Source: Octopus vulgaris (taxonomy: Eukaryota). Taken from it: a stretch of DNA of 64,000 nucleotides. Below the pieces are notes generated by a model. The model had not been told where the DNA came from. It searched no databases and worked only from the letters and a program-made list of their open reading frames with translations. Made by a program: the position numbers and the translations under genes. This document shows, piece after piece, positions 27,139-36,591 of this stretch (positions within the stretch are counted from its first letter, which is position 1; every line of letters starts with the position of its first letter). The stretch is taken from contig OX597835.1 in the NCBI GenBank assembly GCA_951406725.2, positions 37,758,001-37,822,000 of the forward strand, read 5' to 3'.

Positions 27139-30100
27139 ATGCAGGTTGTACTGAAGGCTACTTTACTACTTCATTTTTTGCACATGAATTCTGCCAAATG
27201 CGAGCTTTCTTTTCAGGTACACGAAGCTACTGTCCACCGTCCCAGGGTCTCTAGAGCCCATGCCTTCCACACCCTCAGGGTTGGCACCCTCAACGTTGGC
27301 ACTCTGAAAGGTAGGTCTGGTGAGATAGTCGAGATGCTTGAACGGAGATGTGTGGATATATGTTGCATGCAAGAAATAAGGTGGAGAGGAGGATCAGCTA
27401 GGTTCCTCACAGGCAAGGAACGCAGGTACAAGATTTTCTGGGCAGGGAATACTGACGGGGTTGGTGGCGTGGGTATACTTATCGCTGAGAAATGGGTAGA
27501 TAAAGTAATTGAGGTAATCAGAGTAAGTGACAGAATACTTAAGATTAGATTAGTGCTTCATCATAGTTTAGCAACCATTATATCAGCCTATGCTCCTCAG
27601 TCGGGGCTACCCGATGGACAGAAAGACCGATTCTATGACACTCTACTGCAGACTACCTCATTGACGAACGACAGAGACCTTATCTTTGTGGCTGGTGACT
27701 TCAATGGTCACGTTGGACGACATGCTGGGGGCTTCCATGGCGTACATGGAGGCTACGGCTATGGCTCCCGCAACGAGGAGGGAACCAGGCTGCTGGAGTT
27801 CTGCGATGCAAATAATCTTATGATTTGCAACACTAACTTCAGGAAACCTACCAGCCACCTAGTCACTTACCAATCGGGCCAACATACCAGCCAAATTGAC
27901 TACATCCTTACAAGGCAAAGGGAGAGATGGCTGCTTATAAATGCCAAAACCTTCCCAGGTGAAGAATGTACCCCACAACATAGACTGGTAGTTAGTGACT
28001 TTAGGATCAGGACTAGGAGGACAACCAGAAGACGACAAATATGGAGAAGAAGGATCTGGAAGCTTAAAGATCCCGCAAATGGACAGAGATTTAGGGACAT
28101 ATTACTTGAAGCCTCTGACGAAGTAGAAGGGGATAGAGCATCACAGGGGGTAGAAGACAGCTGGACGTTTCTAAGGGACAACCTGCTGAGAGCCACTGAC
28201 CAGATCTGTGGCTGGTGCAAAGTCCCCTCTCGACCTAGAATAACGTGGTGGTGGAACAATATTGTAGACAGGGCTATTAGAGAAAAGAGACAGGCTTGGA
28301 AGGTCTGGAAAAATGGGGGTAGCAGGGAATTGTATCAGACTGCCAAAAGAGAAGCTAGGAGACAGGTTTATTTAGCCAGAGGGGAAGCAGATAAGAAAAA
28401 ATTTGCCAATGTTCTGCGCCGTGAGGACCAAAGACTGGAGGTGTTTCGTGTTGCAAGACAGTGTGTGAGAGAGAATCGTGATGTGGTAGGAGAGAAGTGT
28501 GTTCGCATGGAAGATGGTTCACTTGCGCTAAATGAGGATGCAAAGAGAGAGGTTTGGAGATGCCACTATGAAAGGTTGCTGAATGAAGAAAATGAATGGG
28601 ATAAAGAGAGTCTGCCGAATGTTGACCCAACAGAGGGACCAGCTATCCGAGTTGATAGTTCTGTGGTAGCTAAGGCAATTAGAAGCATGAAGACAGGGAA
28701 AGCCCCAGGCCCATCAGGAATCACTGCAGAGATGCTCAAAATGTCTGGTAGTGTCGGCTATAGCCTAGTCACCCATATAGTTAATCAGGTGATACACAAA
28801 GGGGTCATACCCAATGACTGGTGTAGCAGTATAATAGTCAACTGCTACAAAGGTAAAGGTGATGCCCTAGATACAAACAACTACAGAGGTATCAAGCTGT
28901 TGGACCAGGTGATGAAGGTTACGGAGAGGGTCATAGCCCAACTAATTAGAGAGAGAGTTAGTTTAGATGAGATGCAGTTTGGGTTTGTGCCAGGGAAAAG
29001 TACTACTGATGCTATATTCCTGGTAAGGCAGCTGCAGGAGAAATACCTAGCCAAAGATAAGCCCCTGTACCTGGCTTTTGTTGACATGGAGAAAGCCTTC
29101 GACAGGGTCCCCCGATCCCTTATCTGGTGGGCAATGAGAAAACTAGGGATAGATGAATGGTTAGTGAGAGCTGTGCGGGCCATGTATAGGGACGCCGCTA
29201 GTAGGGTGAGGGTTGGAAATGAGTACAGTGAAGAATTCCGGGTAGAGGTAGGGGTCCACCAAGGCTCAGTACTCAGCCCCCTCCTATTTATCATAGTCCT
29301 CCAGGCAATAACGGAGGAATTCAAGACAGGATGCCCTTGGGAGCTCCTCTATGCTGATGACCTTGCTCTAATTGCTGAGTCGCTATCAGAACTGGAGGAG
29401 AAGTTTCAGGTGTGGAAACAAGGATTAGAATCGAAGGGCCTCAGAGTCAATCTAGCTAAAACCAAAGTCGTAATCAGTAGGAAGGTAGACAAATCACAAA
29501 CACCTTCAGGTAGATGGCCCTGCTCGATCTGTAGAAAAGGTGTAGGTAGAAACTCTATAAGATGCACCAAGTGTAAGCTATGGACACATAAGAGATGCAG
29601 CAATGTCAAAGGAAGGCTAACTAGGAAGATGGTTTTTGTATGTGGCAGATGCTCAGGAACAATAAACACTGAAAATGCTCTGAGACCAACTTCTGTCACT
29701 TTCCAGGGAGAAAAACTAGAAATAGTTGATAGTTTCCGTTACCTAGGTGACCAAGTCAGCAGCGGGGGCGGGTGTGCTGAAAGTGTAACTGCTAGAGTAA
29801 GAATAGCTTGGGCAAAGTTCAGAGAGCTCTTACCTCTGCTGGTGACAAAAGGCCTCTCGCACAGAGTGAAAGGCAGACTGTATGATGCGTGTGTACGAAC
29901 AGCCATGCTACATGGCAGTGAAACATGGGCCGTGACTGCTGAGGATATGCGTAAGCTCGCTAGAAATGAAGCCAGTATGCTCCGATGGATGTGTAATGCC
30001 AGTACTCACACTCGGCAGAGTGTAAGTACCTTGAGAGAAAAGCTGGACCTAAGAAGCATCAGTTGTGGTGTGCAAGAGAGACGTTTGCGCTGGTATGGTC

Positions 30101-30306
30101 ATGTGGCGAGAATGGATGAAGATAGTTGTGTGAAAAAGTGCCACACCCTAGCGGTTGAGGGAACCTGTGGAAGAGGCAGACCCAGGAAAACCTGGGACGA
30201 GGTGGTGAAGCACGACCTTCGAACTTTAGGTCTCACCGAGGAAATGACTAGAGACCGAGACCTCTGGAAGTGTGCTGTGCGCGAGAAGACCCGGCAGGAC
30301 AAGTGA
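27139..30306 (+). CDS. RTE ORF: APE endonuclease + reverse transcriptase with inserted PHD-type zinc finger (1055 aa)
   Basis: APE motifs TLNVGTL, CMQEIRW, AGDFNGH, SQIDYIL, QHRLV. RT motifs KAPGPSG, NYRGIKLL, QFGF, FVDMEKAFD, GVHQGSVLSPLLF, LYADD, FRYLG. C-terminal RLRWYGHVARM and RGRPRKTW. True start uncertain. Confidence 0.96.
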   Translation: MQVVLKATLLLHFLHMNSAKCELSFQVHEATVHRPRVSRAHAFHTLRVGTLNVGTLKGRSGEIVEMLERRCVDICCMQEIRWRGGSARFLTGKERRYKIFWAGNTDGVGGVGILIAEKWVDKVIEVIRVSDRILKIRLVLHHSLATIISAYAPQSGLPDGQKDRFYDTLLQTTSLTNDRDLIFVAGDFNGHVGRHAGGFHGVHGGYGYGSRNEEGTRLLEFCDANNLMICNTNFRKPTSHLVTYQSGQHTSQIDYILTRQRERWLLINAKTFPGEECTPQHRLVVSDFRIRTRRTTRRRQIWRRRIWKLKDPANGQRFRDILLEASDEVEGDRASQGVEDSWTFLRDNLLRATDQICGWCKVPSRPRITWWWNNIVDRAIREKRQAWKVWKNGGSRELYQTAKREARRQVYLARGEADKKKFANVLRREDQRLEVFRVARQCVRENRDVVGEKCVRMEDGSLALNEDAKREVWRCHYERLLNEENEWDKESLPNVDPTEGPAIRVDSSVVAKAIRSMKTGKAPGPSGITAEMLKMSGSVGYSLVTHIVNQVIHKGVIPNDWCSSIIVNCYKGKGDALDTNNYRGIKLLDQVMKVTERVIAQLIRERVSLDEMQFGFVPGKSTTDAIFLVRQLQEKYLAKDKPLYLAFVDMEKAFDRVPRSLIWWAMRKLGIDEWLVRAVRAMYRDAASRVRVGNEYSEEFRVEVGVHQGSVLSPLLFIIVLQAITEEFKTGCPWELLYADDLALIAESLSELEEKFQVWKQGLESKGLRVNLAKTKVVISRKVDKSQTPSGRWPCSICRKGVGRNSIRCTKCKLWTHKRCSNVKGRLTRKMVFVCGRCSGTINTENALRPTSVTFQGEKLEIVDSFRYLGDQVSSGGGCAESVTARVRIAWAKFRELLPLLVTKGLSHRVKGRLYDACVRTAMLHGSETWAVTAEDMRKLARNEASMLRWMCNASTHTRQSVSTLREKLDLRSISCGVQERRLRWYGHVARMDEDSCVKKCHTLAVEGTCGRGRPRKTWDEVVKHDLRTLGLTEEMTRDRDLWKCAVREKTRQDK

Positions 30307-30918
30307 GTCCACAACCCGTGGCCTTCTACATGGGATGGAGCCAGCCTACGTATGCATACCTTCCCTTCTTGGGACACAAAACTCTACTTGTGAAGACGTG
30401 TTGAGGCAAGTGAGGATCAGAATCGAAATCGATCAATGGAAATTGCGGATGTGCTACCAGTGCCGGTGGCATGTCGAAACTCTGCTTGTGAAGACCCATT
30501 GAGGCAAGTGAGGATCAGAATCGAAATCGATCAATGGAAATCGATCAATGGAAATTGCAGATGTGTTACCAGTGCCGGTGGCATGTAAGAGAACCTTCCG
30601 TTTCGCGACCGTTGCCAGCACCGCCCCGTTTCGTGTTCGTTGCCAGCCTCGCCTGGCCCTCGTGCCGGTGGCACATAAAAAACACCATACGTTCGTGGCC
30701 GTTTGCCAGCTCTGGCTGGCACCAGTGCGGGTGGCACGTAAAAAGCACCCACTACACTCACGGAGTGGTTGGCGTTAGGAAGGGCATCCAGCCGTAGAAA
30801 CACTGCCAGATTTGACTGGGCCTGATGAAGCCTTCTGGCTTCACGGACCCCAGCAGAACCGTCCAACCCATGCTAGCATGGAAAACGGACGCTAAATGAT
30901 GATGATGATGATGATGAT

Positions 30919-31045
30919 CCACTTTTGATACTGGCATGGGTTGGAGAATTTCAGAGGAGCTAGCTGACCAGAAGACTGCACCAGCCTCAACTCTCTGCTT
31001 TGGTGTATTTTCTACAGCTGGATACCCTTCCTAATGCCAACCACT
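30919..31045 (-). mobile_element. Older RTE 3'-end fragment interrupted by the array+LINE insertion (other part at ~2140-2164)
   Basis: Joining TCATTTAACATCC (2151-2163) to ACTTTTGATACTGGCATGGGTTGG (30921-) matches the intact antisense tail TCATTTAACGTCCGCTTTCCATGCTAGCATGGGTTGG at ~43823-43859. Confidence 0.8.
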
Positions 31046-31129
31046 ATCATCACCTGACATAAAGCCATCTCCTTCAATGCTGGTCTCTATTCATTTGAGG
31101 GTTTGGGCCTGCGGGTTACTCAGTGACCT

Positions 31130-31530
31130 CACCAGTGCTGTTGCTGCATAAAATGCACCCTGTCCAGTCTGTAAAGTGGTTGGCATGAGGAAAGGCATCC
31201 AGTCATAAAAACCATGTTAAAGTAGACCTTATGAATGCTGGTACCACATAAAAAGCACCCAGTCTGCTTTGTAAAGTGGTTACTGTTAGGAAGGATATCC
31301 AGTCATAAAAACATCATTGAAGAAGGCCTTGCCAGTGCTGGTGCCACATCAAAAGCACCCAGTCCATTCTGTAAAGTGGTTGGCATTAGGAAGGGCATCC
31401 AGTCATAGGAACCATACCAAACCAAACCAAATGGTTGAAGCTTAATGCAGGCTTGTAGCCTGCCAGCTCCTGTCAAAACTGTTCAACTCATGCCAGCATG
31501 GAAAGCAGATATTAAATGACGATCATCATT
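31130..31530 (+). mobile_element. Decayed RTE 3' UTR derivative with three ~105-110 bp internal repeats
   Basis: Three copies of GTGCTG..AAAGCACCCAGTC..TGTAAAGTGGTTGGCATTAGGAAGGGCATCCAG, ending in CATGCCAGCATGGAAAGC...GATCATCAT. Confidence 0.75.
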
Positions 31531-31533
31531 ATA

Positions 31534-31633
<100 letters not shown>

Positions 31634-32037
31634 GTATACACGTGCGAGTGTTTGTGTACATCTATATATATAAATGTATATGTAGTGATATGCATTTGTG
31701 AGTGTGTGTATATACGTCTATATATATTTCTAATTGTAAATATTTAATTTCCAGCGTTCATACAGTAATAAAATATGTCTTTGCCCATTCAACATATTCG
31801 TTGTCTCAATAATAAACAATGTCATGGTCACTTTGAGACACGGACACGATTGACTGATTCCTCTTCATTGATCAAATTCAAATTACATGAATATTTTATA
31901 CACACACACACACACACACACACATATGTACATTTGTATATCCATATATTGGCAAGATGCTGCTGTTGACAGGTTTAGCAATTGCTGTGCAGTGAAGTGT
32001 AACATGTTTGAACAAACACATACACACACACGCACAC

Positions 32038-32076
<39 letters not shown>

Positions 32077-32673
32077 CATACATGCATACATATATATATA
32101 TACACACACACATACACGCACATACATACATACATACATACAAACACATACATACATACGCACACACATATATACATACATGCATGTAAATACATAAGAA
32201 CACTCACATGCACAACACACAAATATACAAACATATACATACATATACACACACACTCACACGCACAAATACACAGCTATGATTGTATATATAAGTTATA
32301 CAATTTGCTATAAAACATTTCTTAGCACTTCTATATCTATACACATATATAGATATACATGTATAGGTGTAGGTCTGGCTGTGTTGTAAGTAGCTTGCTT
32401 ACCAACCACATTGCCCCGGTTTCAGTCCCACTGCTTGGCACCTTGGGCTAGTATTTTCTACTATAGCCTTAGGCTGACCAAAACCTTGTGAGTGGATTTG
32501 GTACATGGAAACTGAAAGAAGCCAGTCATATATATATATATATAACTTATAAAATAAGGTCAAGAGAAAAATTCTGATGCCAAATATGCCGAAAAAAAGA
32601 CAAAATTGTCAATAACCATTATAATTTATGTGTCTCGAAACATGCCGATAGAAATTTCTAAAAAATTCCGTTA

Positions 32674-32734
32674 TTACCGTATTGGTCCCAATTTCGGGGT
32701 TAATTCATAAGAATTTTCCCCTCGTCAGCGATTA
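32674..32734 (-). ncRNA. Type I hammerhead ribozyme (mirror copy)
   Basis: Reverse complement reads UAAUCG-CUGACGA-GGGG..CCCC-GAAA-UUGGGACCAA-UA-CGGU. Core intact, stem I shorter than in the plus copy. Confidence 0.75.
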
Positions 32735-32756
32735 ATACGTAAGACGTCTTATGTAT

Positions 32757-32817
32757 TAATCGCTGACGAGGGGAAAATAATGATGAATTAACCCCGAAAT
32801 TGGGACCAATACGGTTA
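32757..32817 (+). ncRNA. Type I hammerhead ribozyme
   Basis: Stem I UAAUCG/CGGUUA; core CUGACGA (32763-69); stem II GGGG/CCCC; GAAA (32796-99); stem III UUG-GGAC-CAA; cleavage triplet AUA with predicted cut after 32811. Confidence 0.82.
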
Positions 32818-33432
32818 TAACGGAATTTTTAGAAATTTCTATCGGTATGTTTCGAGATGCATAAATTATAATGGTTATTGACAATTTTGTCTTTTTTTCG
32901 GCATATTTGGCATCAGAATTTTTCTTTTGCCCTTATCTTGTAAATTATTTATAAATTTAACCTTTAAAGGTATTTTTTGATATGCTGGCCATTGATAAAA
33001 TTTTTTTCTTTTGAAAAAAATCTTATCCTACATTAATTATATATATATATATATGTGTGTGTGTGCGTGTGTATGTGTGTGGTTTGTGTTTGTCCCCCCA
33101 CCTTCACTTGACAACCAATGTTGGTGTGTTTACATCCCTGTAACTTAGCGATTTGGCAAAAGAAACCAATACAATTAGTATTAGGCTTACAAAGACTAAG
33201 TCCTGGGGTTGATATGTCCGACTAAAGCGGTGCTCCAGCATGGCTGCAGTCAAATGACTGAAACAAGTAAAACAATAAAAGAATATATATGTATATATTA
33301 TTATCATTTTTTTAATTATTATTATTATTGTTGTTGTTGTTGTTGTTATTACTATTATTATTATTATTTCTAAATCTCTCAATTACATATATAGTAATTT
33401 GAATTTCAAAAATTGCAGAAAAATTTGTCAGT

Positions 33433-33506
33433 GGGCAGTTTAGTTAAATGGTAAAGCACTTGACTGGTAATTGCAGAAATGTGAGTTTGAGTCATGGCTG
33501 GCCGCT
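33433..33506 (+). pseudogene. Degenerate tRNA-like sequence (pseudo-tRNA or SINE head)
   Basis: A-box-like TAGTTAAATGGTAAAGCA and B-box-like GAGTTTGAGTC at tRNA spacing. Stems pair poorly. Confidence 0.35.
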
Positions 33507-33662
33507 GACATATTTTTCTGTAATATAAGTATAATCTATCCTCTACATGCTGTTCAGCATTATTCTGCACATGAGAATAAATTATTTCCATATCAGTATA
33601 TTTCAATATATCTCAATGCTTTTGAAAAAGCAAACTTTGTTTAGATATATATTGTAATATAT

Positions 33663-34020
33663 ATATACATTCAAAAGAGATACCTAAGAATTCATTAAAA
33701 ACAGTCCCAATCATTACTATAATCCACGACAAGTCACTTTTAGGTCACTTGACCATTTAACGTCCTACTACTATCATACCACTCCCGCATTTTATTCTTC
33801 TTCTTTCTCTTCATCTTCTTTGTCTTCTTCTTCCTCTCCACCATCTCCTTCCTTACTTTACTGCTGCTGTTTAGAATAACACCTATGCAAATATTAAAAA
33901 CAATACATTCAAAAGAGATGTCTCAAGAATTAAATCACTATTACAATCCACAACAAGTCACTTTTATGGCACTTGACCCTTTAACATCTGTCTACTATCA
34001 TACTACTCCCACATTCTTGT
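33663..34020 (+). repeat. Diverged direct repeat of ~120-130 bp (about 33663-33795 and 33903-34020)
   Basis: ATACATTCAAAAGAGAT...AATCCAC.ACAAGTCACTTTTA...CACTTGACC...TACTATCATAC.ACTCCC appears twice. Confidence 0.75.
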
Positions 34021-34329
34021 TGTTGTTGTTGTTGTTGTTATTGTTGTTGTTGTTGTTCTTCTTCTTCGTCTCCTCCTCCTCTCTACCAAAAATTCTCAAG
34101 AACCTGGAACTCACAAGAGTAAACAAGAGAGACAGGCAGAAACAAGGAAACTGCCCCTTGTATTTGAATTCTATGCAAATATTCTTTTAAAAAACTTTTC
34201 ATTTAATTTTTCCAAAATTTAATTGTTTTCCATACTTAGAGTTGAAAAAGTCTCAATGATTGAAATCAGTACTAAAATGTTTTTCATGATAAAATCATTT
34301 TAGCATTTCCTATCTTGACTTCTTTTTTC

Positions 34330-34379
<50 letters not shown>

Positions 34380-35470
34380 TATATACACACATATGATGTA
34401 AGTGTGTGTCTTTGTGTCTGTGTTTGTCTTCCACCACCACTTGACAAATAGTGTTGATGAGTTTACATCCCTGTAACCTAGCAGTTCGGCAAAAGGGCTG
34501 ATAGAATAAATACCATGCATAAAACGAAAACATTAGTGTCAATTCATTTGACTAAAAATTCTTCGAGGCAGTGCCCCAGCATGGCCACAGCCCAATGACC
34601 GAAACTAATGAAAGATGGATGATAAAAGGTATCAACTGTTTTGGACATTAATGCTTGTGGTTATCATTTCCATAGCTTTTAGTATGTATGTGGCTATTTC
34701 GATACTCTATAGGAGTATTTATGATTGTTCCTTGTTCATCAACCAGGCAATAGAGAAATCAATGCAATATTTAATGATGTTGGGTATTCTGCAATCTTGT
34801 AACAATATTAGCAGCACATGTCACATGTGGAAGAAACCTTTTAAATGAAGATAAATAGATATGGTCCAATTTATGCTACAAATGTTTCTGTAGCATGGTA
34901 TTTTATTTGCACATAATGTATTACACATGATATGGTATTACATAATTTTCATTATTCTATAAGCACATTATAAGGCAATATGAACCATTGATAGACAAAA
35001 TCTGTCCACAAACCACTTCCTAAAATTATGATCTTTTGAAATTCTCTTATTTAGGGGCTGCTAGGAATTTGGTGTACATATTATTATTAAGGTGGTGAGC
35101 AAGTAGAATCGTTATCACTCCAGGCAAAATGCTTAGTCACATTTCTTTTGAGTTTACATTTCAGGTTTCACACTTATAGTAGTAAGGATTATTAGGACTT
35201 TGGTGGTCTGGGTAATCTTGGATCTGTGGCCTCAGTAGGAGGATTTCCTGTATCAGAAGGATGGCATCATTCTTTGTATATATTTGTATAATTTTATTTC
35301 ATTTCACCCACTTTTTTCCCCTTTCTTTTCTTTCCTTTTTTATGTAGTCCCCAATATACAAATGGTAGACTGTCCTTGTTAATGTCCCTTACATCTGATG
35401 CCCCTGTGGTAAATAAAAGATATCATCATCATCAGCAGCAGCAGCATTATTATTATGTTTATTATTATTA

Positions 35471-35661
35471 AGGCCATGAGCTGGCAGAATCATTAGCATG
35501 CTGGACAAGATGCTGAGTTCAAATTCTGTCAAGGTCAACTTACCCTTTCATCCTTTTGGGGTCAATAAATTAAGTACCAGTTACACACTTGGGTCGATGC
35601 AGTTGACTGGTCTCTTCCCCAAAAATTTCAGGCTTTGTGCCTATAACAGAAACGCTTATTA

Positions 35662-35725
<64 letters not shown>

Positions 35726-35940
35726 GGTGGAAAGCTGGCAAAATTGCTAGCATGCTGGGCAAAATGCTTTGCGGTATATTGCCTGTCTTTTCTTTCTGTG
35801 TTTAGATTCTGCCAAGGTTGACTTTACCTTTCATCCTTTCAGGGTCAATAAATTAAGTACCAGTGAAACACTGGGGTCAATGCAATTGACTAGTTTTTTC
35901 TCCTTCAAATTTCAGGCCTTGTGTCTATAGAACAAAGGAT
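35471..35940 (+). mobile_element. Two decayed family A SINEs separated by (ATT)n
   Basis: GAGCTGGCAGAATC head and CCTTTCATCCTTT..GGGTCAATAAATTAAGTACCAG core seen twice. Further copies at ~38851, 39708, 48487 and 49290. Confidence 0.8.
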
Positions 35941-35953
35941 TATTATTATTATA

Positions 35954-36021
<68 letters not shown>

Positions 36022-36035
36022 CATCATCATTATTA

Positions 36036-36591
36036 TTGAGTGAGAAAGCAGCACATGCCATCAAAGTGACACTGGAGTAAAATATACGAAGCCCAATATA
36101 CCCATCAAGACCACCTATCTGATAAGGGTACACCAGGCATATGCATCAGAACCATGTGTGCACGATGTGGTAATCTCACATTGAGATAAACAGTGCATGA
36201 CCTTACAGGTGGGACCCAGTTAGAATTTTCTTCTGGTCGAGTAACCCATCCGCTCAAAAGGTCCCTGAATAAGGATTGTTTAAGGAAGTTGAACGAACCA
36301 CCCATGTTTCCAGAGGTGAATTATTCAAACCCCAAAGAATCCCTCTCAACACATGGCTATGATGCACCCCCACTACTTCTGCTTGTGATTAGAGATGCAC
36401 ATATCGTCAGCCACTAAGGGACATGGTCAACTGGTTATGGTCAAACAACTGACAAGCAAATCTGTGGTATTGAGCAGAATATTTGCTGTAGACCATCTTT
36501 TATACCAAGAGAAAACACTGTACATGATAGCACTTCTAATCAGTTAAGATCAGAAGCCATGAGAGCCACTGCCTGGTACTGCACCAGGGCA
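36036..36591. mobile_element. ~550 bp non-coding interspersed element (family C) embedded in (ATT)n
   Basis: Same sequence TTGAGTGAGA.AGCA..CATGCCATCAAAGTGACACTGG...GAGAGCCACTGCCTGGTACTGCA recurs at 40883-41310, 47921-48462 and 48723-49258, always next to ATT/ATC repeats. Confidence 0.85.

Larger units (their letters stand above)
26967..30918 (+). mobile_element. Full-length, apparently intact RTE-clade non-LTR retrotransposon (leader, single ORF, 3' UTR, (GAT)n tail)
   Basis: Single uninterrupted APE+RT ORF with no ORF1, and a 3' UTR ending in a tandem trinucleotide tail. This is RTE architecture. Many decayed 3' fragments of the same family occur in the window. Confidence 0.93.
32542..32949. 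repeat. ~400 bp spacerless imperfect palindrome, likely inverted Penelope-like terminal repeat
   Basis: Arms are reverse complements around AAGACGTCTT (32741-32750), e.g. TCTGATGCCAAATATGCCGAAAAAAAGACAAAATTGTC versus GACAATTTTGTCTTTTTTTCGGCATATTTGGCATCAGA. Confidence 0.9.
32365..33285 (+). mobile_element. tRNA-headed SINE (family B) interrupted in its internal (TA)n by the palindromic insert
   Basis: Head GGCTGTGTTGTAAGTAGCTTGCTT...GGCACCTTGGGC and 3' part ...TAACTTAGCG...CCAGCATGGCTGCAGTCAAATGACTGAAACAAGT. Uninterrupted copies at 42872-43295 and 55160-55563. Confidence 0.8.

Noticed and set aside
27166-30377. Several minus-strand ORFs overlapping the RT ORF
   Set aside because: Antisense shadows of a long coding frame, with no motifs.
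33433-33506. Functional tRNA-Thr(GGT)
   Set aside because: Acceptor, anticodon and T stems do not pair adequately; at best a relic.
34615-34848. 77 aa hydrophobic ORF
   Set aside because: Starts inside a SINE tail; no splice or homology support.
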